Assembly (NCBI RefSeq): GCF_009914755.1
Contig: NC_060927.1
DNA length: 64,000 nt
Reading direction: 5' to 3' (one strand)
Source: the human T2T-CHM13v2.0 reference genome, Homo sapiens
Shown: in pieces, positions 1 to 11,722 of the stretch
How the letters are laid out: each line of letters begins with the position of its first letter
Numbering within the stretch: position 1 is the first letter of the stretch
Notes under the pieces: generated by a model
The model's input: only the letters and a program-made list of their open reading frames with translations
Told to the model about the DNA's origin: nothing
Databases searched by the model: none
Program-made: the position numbers and the translations under genes

Positions 1-404
1 AGACAGTTGAAGATTCAACTTCGCTACCTATTAAATATTGTATTTACTCTTCCTCGGCTGAAAATAAGGGGGGCTAATGGCTCAGCCAACCTTTCAAGGG
101 GTTGATTGAATGAATAGTGCCTATGAGAATGCTTGGCAAATATCTAAAAGTTATTTTTTATAATAACTTTAATATATGGGAACTGATAAGCTTATACATT
201 AACTAGGAAGGCATTATCAAATACAAGGTAATTTTTTTATCATTAAGTCCAAAATTGGTGATATAGACTACTTCTGGCAACATTCACAACTGGATCAGAG
301 TTTTGTTGAGCCAACAAAATGTTAACTGATGTTTTTCTTATTTTGGTAAATATCATCATCTTGGAATCGTATTTGATACCTTTTTCTCTCTTAAGCCTAT
401 ATCT

Positions 405-860
405 GATCTATCAGAAAATCTTGTTAACTTTACTTTCAGAACAAACCTCAAGTCTGTTCATGGTTCACCACCTCCACTGTTGGAATCCCAGTCCAAGCCT
501 CCATTATCTCTCACCTGGCAAAGTGCAGAAGCCTCCTAACTGGTTCACCTGCATTTACTTGTGCATCTCTGTTAATTATTCTCACAGTAGTCAGTGATTC
601 TTAGTGAGCTAAAGCTTACCACATCACACACCTGTTCCCAATTCTCAAATAGCTTCCCATACATTTAGAACAAAATTTAAAAAGGTTACCAAAGTCAAAG
701 AGGTTCTTCAGTGGGTGGCAATGGCTGCCTCTACACCTCATTTCCTCTCCCTCTTGCCTCATTCACTGGCTCCAGCCTCCTCTTCTTCCTCTTCCTCCTT
801 AGACTCAGGATCTTGACAGCTGTCTTAGTGTTAGCTATTCTCTCTGCCTAAGATGTTGAC
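405..860 (+). mobile_element. L2 (LINE2) 3' relic
   Basis: L2-like C-rich motifs (cctccattatctctcacctgg...agcctcctaactgg, cctcattcactggctccagcc); highly diverged, boundaries approximate. Confidence 0.55.
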
Positions 861-990
861 TTCTATCTCACAGCAACTATGAAAGTACAAATACAAAAAA
901 TAATTCTGAATTGTGAAAGGGAAAGCTGTTGGCAAAAGGCAAAACAATATTTTAGAAAGCAACATAAAAGAATATCTTCATCACTTTGGG

Positions 991-1772
991 TGTCTTTGTT
1001 TGGGCTGCTATAACAAACTACTGTAGGCTGAGGGACTTATAAACAACAGATGCTGTATTTATTTCTCACAGGCTTAGATGCTGGGAAATCCAAGATTAAG
1101 GCACTGGCTGATTTACTGTCTTTTGAGGGCCCACTTTTTGGTTCCTTCTCATTGTGCCTTCTCACTGTGTTCTTTCATGGCAAAAAAAGGCAAAGGAGCT
1201 CTCTAAGGCCTCTTGGATAAGGTCATTAATCCCATTCATGAGAGCTCTTAGCTCTTCCCTCATGACCTAATCATCTCCCACGACCTTATCTCCTAATACC
1301 ATCTGTGTTAGTCTGTTTTGCATTGCTAGAAAGGAAGACCTGATTCTGGGTAAATTATAAAGAAAAGGGATTTATTTTGGTTTATGGTTTTACAGATGTA
1401 CAAGAAACATGGTGCCAGCATCTGCTTCTGGTGAAGGCCTTAGGAAGCCAACAATCATGGCAGAAGGTGAAGGAGGAGCAAGTGTGTCACATGTAAGAGA
1501 GGGAGCAAGAGAGGTTCCAGGCTCTTTAAACAACCAGCTCTTGCATGAATAGAGTGAGAACTCACTCATTACTACAGGGAGGGCACCAAGCCATTCATGA
1601 GGGCTCCACTCCCATGACACAAACACCTCCGACAAGGCCCCATCTTCAACACTGGGGAATCACATTTCAAAATGAGATTTGTAAGAAACAAACATCCAAA
1701 CCATCACATTTAGAACTAAGTTTTAACATATGAATTTGGAGACAAGGGGGCATAAACATTCAGCCTATAGCA
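991..1772 (-). mobile_element. MaLR solo LTR, MLT1A-like (interrupted by MSTB-like LTR)
   Basis: tgtc..gggctgctataacaaa start and aacattcagcctatagca end; 5-bp TSD ttggg at 986-990 and 1773-1777. Confidence 0.85.
1304..1700 (-). mobile_element. MaLR solo LTR, MSTB-like
   Basis: tgtgttagtctgttttgcattgct...catggtgccagcatctgcttctggtga...aaacatccaaa; ccatc at 1299-1303 and 1701-1705 is the probable TSD. Confidence 0.85.
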
Positions 1773-2026
1773 TTGGGTAGAGAAAAGTTTATGAAATAGA
1801 ACACAGAAACACATTAAAGATTACAAACTGGAGTACATTAAAATAAATACTTTGTGTTCATCAATACTATTAAGAGTGAAACTGCATCATTAAAGTATAC
1901 CTTTTGGTTGCGTGTACTTCTCTGTATATGTTTTATTTCACACAATTGCACATACACATGAGTCACATACTTGGGAGAGTGACTTACATCCTTCTTGGGG
2001 GGTAATCCGTGAAGGAAGAAGTTATT

Positions 2027-2039
2027 GAGAGAGAGAGAT

Positions 2040-2089
<50 letters not shown>
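2027..2089 (+). repeat. (GA)n microsatellite
   Basis: Directly visible, about 31 units with 2 interruptions. Confidence 0.97.
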
Positions 2090-2094
<5 letters not shown>

Positions 2095-2383
2095 ACCTAC
2101 AGGCTCCTTGAAGTGAAAGGGGGAGTTGCATGTTATGGACCAGGGAAGAAGATGCTGTTAAAGCACAAGAAAGAAAGTGAGAAGCCCAAAAATTTGGGGC
2201 TGGAGCGACGGTGAGGCCCAGTCTCTGCAGTGTCTGGTAACTGTGCTGAAACACATATTTCTCTCTACCTTATATGTGGTAGGTTATTGTGAAAAGCTCA
2301 ATCTCTTGATTCTTGGGATTCTCTTCATTAAGTGCTTCTTCCTGTAAAAACCACATTACAAAAAATGAAATCGTTATGTATAG

Positions 2384-2427
2384 TTTTACCTTTTTTTCTA
2401 TAGGATTTTACCTTTTTTTCTATAGGA
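2384..2427 (+). repeat. 22-bp tandem duplication
   Basis: ttttacctttttttctatagga x2. Confidence 0.85.
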
Positions 2428-3251
2428 TTGAAAAGAACAAAATCACCTTTTCATGAAATCTGATTCAGATACTAGATGGCAATCCGACAATGCTGCTTTA
2501 ACATGATTGCCGATTAATGAGTTCAAATTTTATAATCTTCAGTATGTATTAAAGAGAACAAATAGCAGTTTAAGCATTAAACAAATTAACAATGAAAATG
2601 ATTTCTAACTATTTGGTAAACTTTGGCAGAGAAGAGCTCAATATTTCACACCCAATCAGGATCTGTCCTGTGATATATTACCACCATGAATAAAAATGTT
2701 ATACCGTATATGGTTATCTTTCCCTAAAGTCAAGAATGTTAATTTGTGACCTCTGGAAATAAACTCATCATAGTTTCTAAATATCTTGACTCTGAGCTTT
2801 AAAACAAAAGCAACTTGTTGTAAATATTTAGTCAGTCATTATTAAATAGATCAGCTCAGCGTGACTATTCCAGCTGGAGGAGGAGAACAGATTTCTTGCT
2901 GCCCATGTCACTGTATAAACCATTGTTTAAATAAGGCTGAGAATGATGGAACTGATTATTTCTGCTCCTGGTATTCATTACATTTTCACAACACACTTGC
3001 CAATTAGAGTCCACATAATCTTAGAGCTAAAAGGAAGTCTGCAGTTAAAGCTTTCAGGTTATTTCCATCACTTGAATTTTCATTTGTAGGAAGTAATAAG
3101 GAGGAATATTTCTTTTGTGAAGTGAAAAAATTTATAGGTGTTTTGTGACTAGATATGTGGAGTGAGATATAGCTAGCATAAATCTAGCTCATTTGTCTGC
3201 AATAGAACTACCTATGCAATAGTGATAATTTTTTCTTGTCTTGATTCCTAA

Positions 3252-3705
<454 letters not shown>

Positions 3706-4918
3706 CACAGTTTTCAAAAAGAATATTCGAGTACAATTATGCATGCTGGTCTCTAAATACCTTCACGTCTGAAGTGTACTTTTAAATTTATGTCTACATG
3801 TAAGTTTTTCCTAAGAAAACTTACCAGAAGTCTAATTAATATTAAAAATATTTTACCCATCTGCCCATAAGAAGACTCATCTCAGACAATAGAATAGAAA
3901 AGGCCAAAATGTGATAAAGTTGAGAGGTGTAATTCATTATTGTTATTGCACTATCCATATGCGTTTCCAATTTGGAAACACATACACTTTTATGGATTCT
4001 AAAATTATACATTATTTTCTATATTTCTTAAAATTAACCCAATACAGTAATTACTGCATTTATTTATTTTTTTGGTGTTGATGATTAATAATTAAGCTTT
4101 CTCTGTTCCATTTCGATTTCCAAGAATTTTCCTCATTATTCAAATTTAGAAAATGAAATTTTAATTTAGATCATGCCCCGCAAGATGTAACCACTCTTTT
4201 CTCTCATACGATACTTGACCACCTTAAAGGATATGAGTGAAATCTTCCAAACACTTCATGTTGTAAACACATTTACAGTAAAGTTATTTTACTTTGTTTT
4301 TTAAAAAATGAATGAAAACAGATACGGTGCCGTGTAAAGTTAACTCCTCTATAAAGTTAGCTTTTCTAATTGCCATATAAAGGAGGATAATTTGATTTCA
4401 ATTTCCACAGCTACAGTGTAAGCTGCTGCTCATCTGGTCGTATTGTCTAGCTTATGTAAAAAGAGAATGTGTAGGCGGCTGAGCACATTTCATTACCTCT
4501 AGCACAGAAGTAACACAAAAGGCAGAAGTAAAAACTAGTGTGTGTGATGCATCTCAGTGTTCAAAACACTTCCGCAGCCATTGCATTTTAAACATAACAA
4601 TGTATGGCCATATTCTTACATGGTTAGTTTCATGGGAGACAAGAAATGCCTGTGAATTGTCATCTTTGCAGGAGAAGTGGGAAAAAGAAAAAAGGATGGA
4701 GTATACGGATCGCTTTTAAGATTTTCATACTATCCCCAGAAAATTTCACTGAATTGGTTTGAGAATCCATGAGGGTGGTCCACTTTATCAAAGCCTGAGG
4801 TCTTTCCACTTGCCCTAGCCGAGTATGTACACAAACTCCAGACCTCCTCTGATGCACAAAGGATCTTCGTATGTGTTAGGGTACAGGACCCCTAGAAACA
4901 GTAAAAAGCTGCAGAGCT

Positions 4919-5214
4919 GACCAGGTGCGGTGGCTCACGCCTGTAATCTCAGCACTTTGGGAGGCCTAGGCGGGTGGATCACTTGAGGTCAGGAGTTCGA
5001 GATCAGCCTAGCCAACACAGTGAAATCTCATCTCTACTAAAAATATAAAAATTAGCTGGATGTCGTGGCGGGCACCTGTAGTTCCAGCTACTCGGGAGGC
5101 TGAGGCAGAAGAATGGCGTGAACCCGGGAGGTGGAGCTTGCAGTGAGTGAGATCGCGCCACTGCACTCCAGCCTGGGTGAGAGAGCAATACTTCATCTCA
5201 AAAAAAAAAAAAAA
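4919..5214 (+). mobile_element. Alu, chimeric (S-type left arm, Y-type right arm), no TSD
   Basis: Full dimer with A15 tail; see findings for diagnostics. Confidence 0.95.
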
Positions 5215-5329
5215 TTAAATGTAAGATTAACATAAATATATTTATATTAATGAATCAAGGAAGACGACAATTGATATTTAGGAGGTAACAAATCCATAAA
5301 CACATAAAAAACATACAGAAAAATAACCT

Positions 5330-5900
5330 AATTTAGCAAACTTGAACACATAAATAAATTAATATAAATTACAGTATTTGGACTATTTAAAAATGTTTTA
5401 GTAATAATACATGCTGTAGGTGAGGATCTGATGAAAAATATCCTTATGTATTATTAGAACTATTTTAATGGGAAGAACCCTTTTGGGAAGCAATATGATA
5501 ATAAGAATCAAGAATAATTTAAACTATACACAGTTCATCAGGTTAATCCATATCTGCATATCAAATTTAAGGTAATAATATAAAATTTATAAGGAAAAAC
5601 TCAGAAATATATTCATTGCAGCACTATCTTTTAAAAAATGGAAAAATATAAGCAACTTAAATGTCCACTTATAGGAATAGCTAAATTACTCTGGGCATGT
5701 CAGCATACTAAAATATTAGGTATCTTTTAAAGATAAAAAATATAAAATGTATATATAATTTTATCTGCATAGTAACAGAGAATATGTGCTACGATGTTAA
5801 GTAAGAAAAGCAGAGATCAAAGCTGTGGACACATTGAGATGGCAACTATGCAAATAGAAAGCCTGCTTATTGCCAGACTCTAGAAGTGTTTTTGGAGAAA
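5330..5900 (+). mobile_element. Ancient L1ME-type 3' fragment
   Basis: atattcattgcagcacta...aagcaacttaaatgtcca...gatgttaagtaagaaaagcag, resembling old L1 3' region. Confidence 0.55.
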
Positions 5901-7749
5901 TGAGAAAAGTTTTATTTTGTAAGTTGCCATGACCATGAGAAATATCTCTTTCATTAGGGTTATGTTGATGATACCATATTGGTACTATAAAATCAATTAA
6001 AACAGCACATATGTCTTCAAGAAAAAGACAGGAAACTCTTTGGTACGTTCTTCATCACATTTAAGAGAGGACTTACTACAGAAATGACATGCGTATTAGA
6101 CACAGCTGTGGGAGTTATATGCAAGGGTAGATGCCAGGACTTGAGCTTGGATCTGGTTGTTACATCTGTGCCCTTGGGCCTGTCTCCCTGCTTGTTAGTT
6201 TACAGAATGAGTGGGTTTGAGGAGGTGTCCTCCTAGGAATATTTATGGATTTTTAAGTGTATACTTGTTTTTTCCAATTATGTTTGTATTTAGGCCGCAG
6301 CAATCCTCTTTTGGTGGCACCATTATATTCTTTTTGTAGGAAAGTATAATACCTAGGAAAAGATGTCTGTTATTAGTGAAATGATTGTGATCTCTGAATC
6401 TGAAGATGTCACTAAGGAGAGCAATGCCCTAACAGAAAGAATGAATGCTATCACGAATTTCAAGATAACTTGGAGACACTTGAAAATCTGGCAAGCAAAT
6501 AGGTGTATATAGTGGATTAGTTATAAAAACCACTCTGCAAATTATCATCAAAGCCAGGTTAGATTAGGTGTGTTCATTTGTTCTCACTTGTTTATGAAGT
6601 TAAGACATTGATACCAAAATTGTATTTACTCCAGAGCAATTGCATTAGTGCATCTCACTACTGTTTAACATATACTAAGAAAATGCTCTTTTACCACCAA
6701 GAACATTAAGCTTAATTAGAACATATACTCATTGCTTAAGTCAAGTTGGTTGTCAATTTTAACACAATACTCTGACTAATCTAGCAGTATCACAGCCTAA
6801 AAATATATCTTTTTAAAGTTATAACCTGCAATTTAGAGTTAACATTTTATTATCCTTCTTCTTTGAAATTTATAACTGGTATGATTAACTTACTTGTAAT
6901 TGCCTAAACATATACCAGTAAATTTGATGATTCATAGATATTTGCACATCTACAAAGAGATTAGTATATATCTACATAGATATAAACACATATATTTATA
7001 TGACATGCACACACGCCCCAAATAAGATCACTTTTAAAGAAACTAAAGAGGTTAGAAGTGAAATAAAGAGCAGCTTTACGAAGCTTCCATTTTCTGTCAT
7101 ATTCATCTCAAATGAAGTAAAAATTGATCACTATATTTAGCTAAATAAACTTGGAATAAATATAACCATCTCTTAAAATACGTGTCCTAACTGAAAGGTG
7201 AAAGAAAAAAGTCTGTTTTTGTCAGTTTTAGGTACAGAATACGCTGGAGAACAATTCAGGGTTTAGCATGATTACAGTCTTTTGTAACAAGTCAGAATTG
7301 ATTAATCTCTCCTAAAATTTCATTTTAACTTAAAACCTTTGCAAAAACCACAATTCTTAAATAGAACCTTAAGGGGTCTACTCCATTAAACGTCCATTTC
7401 AAATAACCCTTAGCAAGTAATTTTTGGCAACACCGTATTTAGATATTACTTCGTGATTCTACATTGAGTTATTCAGAAAAAAATTGGTACTTTTAAAAGG
7501 GAAAATGGTTTAAAACTCTGTAACAGTTGTCATTCTCAAAATATTTCTATTTCTAGTGTTCTGATCTTGGCTACTTATGATTAAATTCTTAATTATGCTT
7601 CATATATTGTAGTTTTCTATAATTTCTATTCTTAAGCAGAGTTACTATGCATTCATTTTTTTCAACAAATATTTGTTGAATACCTACTATATATCAGTAT
7701 AACCCATTTACACATGAATCTTATTTCCATGTAATTTACATAATACGTA

Positions 7750-9475
7750 TTTTTAAGTAAGATATTCTTTACCATAAAATTAGTTCTCTTAAAGTATACA
7801 ATTCTGTGGCTTTTAAAGTATATTCACAGATTGTACAACAATTACCACTATCTGATTGCAGAATAATATCACCCTGAAAAGGAACTTTAAACCCAATAGC
7901 GATCACTCTTTAATTCCCAATTCCCCTAGTTCCTGGCAACCAATAATCTATTTTATATCTTTATGAATTTGCCCATTCTGGACGTTTTACATAAATCTAA
8001 TCATGCAATATGTAGTATTTTGTGTTCAGCTCCTTTCACTTGGCATACTGTTTTCAAAGTTAATCAATGTTGTAGCAAGGATCAGCACTTTATTCCTTTT
8101 TGTGGCTGAATAATATGGCTGTGTGAATATACTGCATTTTGTTTATCCATTCATTGGTTATGTGCATTTGGGTTGTTTCTATTTTTTGGCTATTGTGCGT
8201 AATGCTATAAACATTATGTAAAAGTTTTTATGTGAACATGTATTTTCAATTATTTTCGGTATGTACTTAGGTGTGGAAGTAATTGCTGGGCCATATGGTA
8301 ATTCTATGCTTAAGCACTTCAGGAACTGCTTGACTGTTTATCAAAGCAGCTGCAATATTTTACATTCCCACTACCAATGTATGAGTGTTCTAATTTTTCT
8401 CCATCCTCTCCAACACTTGATATTGTCTGTCTGTTTCATGATAGCAATCTTAGTGTGTGTGAAGTAGTATCTTATTATAGTTTTGACTTGCATTTGCCTC
8501 AGGGAAATCTCTATCTGTAGTGGGGTCTCTCTGTATCATGCAGAGTGATCTTGAACCCCTGACCTCAAGTGATCCTCCTGCCTCAGCCTCCCAGAGTTAT
8601 GGGATTACAGGTGTGAGCCACAGTGCCTGGTCTTGTTCTTTTAAAGGACCGTTTTGGTTATTCTGAGTCATTTGTCCTTCCATATACATTTTAAGAAGAG
8701 CTTGTCAATTTCTGCAAAAATGACAGCCAGATTTTAATCAGAATTATATTGAATCAGGAGGTCAATTTACAGATTATTGCCATTTAAATAATATTTAAGT
8801 TTTAAATATCATTTATGCCATTTGTGCCATTTAAGTTTTCCAATCCATAATAATTATGCCATTTAAATTTTCCAATTCATAATACTTATGCCATTTAAGT
8901 TTTCCAATCCAAGAACATGAGATGTCTTTTTATTTATTTAAACTTCCTTAATTTCTTTCAATGATGTTTTGAAATTTTCAGTGTACAAATCTGGCACTTT
9001 TGTTAAATATACTCCCAAGTATTTAAATATTTTTTATTGTATCATAAATGAACTTATTTTAATTTCATTTTTGGATTATTTATTGTGGTATAGAGAAGAC
9101 CACTGATATTTGTATACTGATCTTATATTCTGCAACCTTGCTGACTTATTGATTAGCTCTAACGACTCAGTGTTCTTGTTCATTGTTTAGAATTTTCTTT
9201 ATAGAAGATTATATTATCTGCAATTGGAGATAATTTTACTTTTTCCTTTCCAATCTAGATATTTTTTATTTCCTTTTCTTGCCTAATTGCCCTGGCTAGA
9301 AACTTTAGTACAATTTGAATAAAGTTGGAGAGAGTGGATAACCTTGCCTTGCGTCTGATCTTAGGGGGAATACTTGCAGTCTTTCACCATTAATTGTGAT
9401 GTTTTTATCAGGTTGAGGTGCCTTTTATCAGGTTGAGGAAGTTCCCTTCTTTTCCTAGTTTGAGTGTTACCATGA
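7750..9475 (-). mobile_element. Old L1 (L1MB/MC-type) 3' UTR plus ORF2 end, with an Alu monomer at an internal junction
   Basis: cccctagttcctggcaaccaataatcta...gcccattctggac, attgctgggccatatggtaattctatg, tattctgcaaccttgctga, attgccctggctagaa. Confidence 0.85.
8520..8632 (-). mobile_element. Alu left monomer/FLAM fragment
   Basis: cttgaacccctgacctcaagtgatcctcctgcctcagcctcccagagttatgggattacaggtgtgagccac. Confidence 0.85.
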
Positions 9476-9724
9476 AGTGATATGGATGCAGTGCAAGTTG
9501 TTAATATGAGTTTCATATTGTATTGCAACAATGGGTAAGATTTCAAAATATATCTAATATCATCTATTTCTATGACAAGTACAGAAAAATAATCAAGTGT
9601 GGGAAAGAACCCAACATTAATGGTAAAATCTGTTTTTTTTTTTTTGAGATCCTAATAAGTGTATTCAAGAGTAAAACTTATCTTTCCTCCCTAAGGTCAC
9701 AAATTCAGGTTATCCAAGATGATT

Positions 9725-9945
9725 ACAGTATGTGATAGTGATTAGTTCTGGAGTCAGGTTACCTGAGTTAAAATTCTGACTCCACCATTTTTTCTCTCCA
9801 TGACCTACAGCAATTTACCTAATGCCATTTTTAAAATGTGTATAATAATAACTGCCACTTCAATGGTATGTTATGAAAATGAAATGAAGTTTAAGTATGT
9901 AATATGTATGGGTAATGCCTGACACATAGTGTATGCTCAATAGCA
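9725..9945 (+). mobile_element. MIR SINE
   Basis: tctggagtcag..acctgagtt..aattctgactccacca; aataataact..cacttcaatgg; aatgcctgacacatagt. Confidence 0.7.
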
Positions 9946-10419
9946 GGGTGATAGCAAAAAGGAAATGGGAAAGAAATACCTGAATCTTTCCTCTCACTCT
10001 CCCATCTCCTGCATGTGCTTCCCATTGGTCAAAGCCAGTAACAAACCAATCAAGAATCTTGGGGGACATCTTAAAATTCTGCCTCCCAAAGGTCCACAAC
10101 ATTGCATTCAAGTTTACCATAGTTTAGCTTTTGGTCATTGCTTTATTGTTAATGGAGTTCTTTCTCTTAATTGTGAATTCCTTGAGATAGGAATAATATA
10201 TTTTCATAATTGAATCTAGTAGAAATTTAATAAATATTTTTGAATTGAATAAATGCCCTAAGAATGATACATACTTAATTAAGTATGGAGGAATTCAGAG
10301 GAAGAAGAGAAATGTTTTAGAAAATGAAAGAATTTGACAAGGACAATAAAAGGTCATTAGTTTCTTTTTTTCATTTAAGGTAATTTTTACTCTTTTCCCC
10401 ACAACTATCTATGTTTTTG

Positions 10420-10875
10420 AAGTTTTTTTTAAAGAAGTAGTATATAAATATACTTTCTTTGTGAAAAAAAAAAGCAATACATAAGCATGTAAAATAACAA
10501 GAAATTTCCTTTCACCAGACTCTCCAAATTCCATGCCCCTCATCAAAGGTAACTATTTTTATTAAATTGACGTGAATTTTACCCAAACCTTTGTCTATAC
10601 ATTTAACACATAGATGTGTATATGTGCTATGGATGTGTAAATATTTAGTTATATAGTCTGAATTTTATACAATGTGGTACATATTTTCTGTTGCAATGTT
10701 CTATGTCCTGATTCTTTCACTAGAAAATGTATCTTTAAGATTTTTTCATCATATAAACAGTGCTACAATAAATATTTTGTACATGAATTTTCATGCACAT
10801 TGGGAAAGTGTTTTTTTCTGCAAAATACCCTACAAGTGGGAATGCTAAATTGAGAGTGATGCACATTGTAAATAC
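10420..10875 (-). mobile_element. Ancient L1ME 3' relic
   Basis: aacagtgctacaataaatattttgtacatg...aaataccctacaagtgggaatgcta. Confidence 0.55.
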
Positions 10876-11362
10876 TGACAGAATAGGAAAAAATTTAAAA
10901 TAACTTACATGCCTCAAATTTTATCTTGATATATATTCTAAAAAGTCTATCAATTTGTAATGAAAATATCTAGTTAAATGAACATTTAAGTAGTCAAATA
11001 ACTATATATGGAGCATGATTGAGACTCCAGTTAAATAAAAGTACAAAGAGATTCATTATTGGTAAATTGGTTTTAAATGCTATCTATTTATCAACTTGTT
11101 TCCTTAAAGGGCTTAATGCCTGTATGAATTTCTAAAATGCCATATAATGCAGGTTTAATGGAAAAGAAAATAGAGGATACAAATAAAATAAACATTATTA
11201 ACAGATTAAAATTGATCATAAGATAATATTTACCTTGAATAAACATGGGTATATACATGCCAAGAACCATGTTAAGTGCTCGGAACACAGAGTTAGATTG
11301 CCATTTAGAAACTTAATATTTAAAGGAGTATACAAAGATATCTTAGCTAAACTATGAATCTC

Positions 11363-11722
11363 TAGATTGGATTTTCCAGGGTAGAGCCTGAGATAGGGAT
11401 TCAAGAGTTGTTCTGAGGCATGCTGTTTAGGAATAGCCTCTAAGGAAGGGTGTGAGGCAAGACAGAGAAGGGGAAAGAGCAGTACAAGGATGTGGTCTCA
11501 AGTAAAACCCAGCCATGTCCTTATGTGCAAGGTGAATTGTTCTGAAACCTAAACCACATGAGCATTTTTGGCCTCTGAGGCAAGGGGGTTGGCCTTTTGC
11601 ATCCTTGTATGAGTCAGTCACTGGCTGTGTTACCCAAGGGAAGGACGTGGCTCTCATCAGCTAAGAGCAATTTTCCAATGAAGGGCCAATTGTGGAGCCC
11701 TTACAAACCGACACTTGCAACA
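11363..11722 (-). mobile_element. ERVL LTR16-like solo LTR
   Basis: cagggtagagcctgagatagggattc...gaggcaagggggttggcctttt...cagtcactggctg...cagctaagagcaatt resembles LTR16 consensus as recalled. Confidence 0.6.

Larger units (their letters stand above)
935..1880 (+). mobile_element. Ancient L1M ORF2 3' fragment, split by nested MLT1A/MSTB LTRs
   Basis: L1-like ...tagaaagcaacataaaagaatatcttcatcactttggg before 991 resumes as tagagaaaagtt...tactattaagagtgaa after 1777. Confidence 0.6.

Noticed and set aside
6340-6512. Acceptor-like site followed by a 49-codon ORF (MSVISEMIVISESEDV...)
   Set aside because: No recognisable protein, weak donor, expected by chance
7661-7680. Perfect 20-bp palindrome ttcaacaaatatttgttgaa
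   Set aside because: Common variant of the L2 3' terminus
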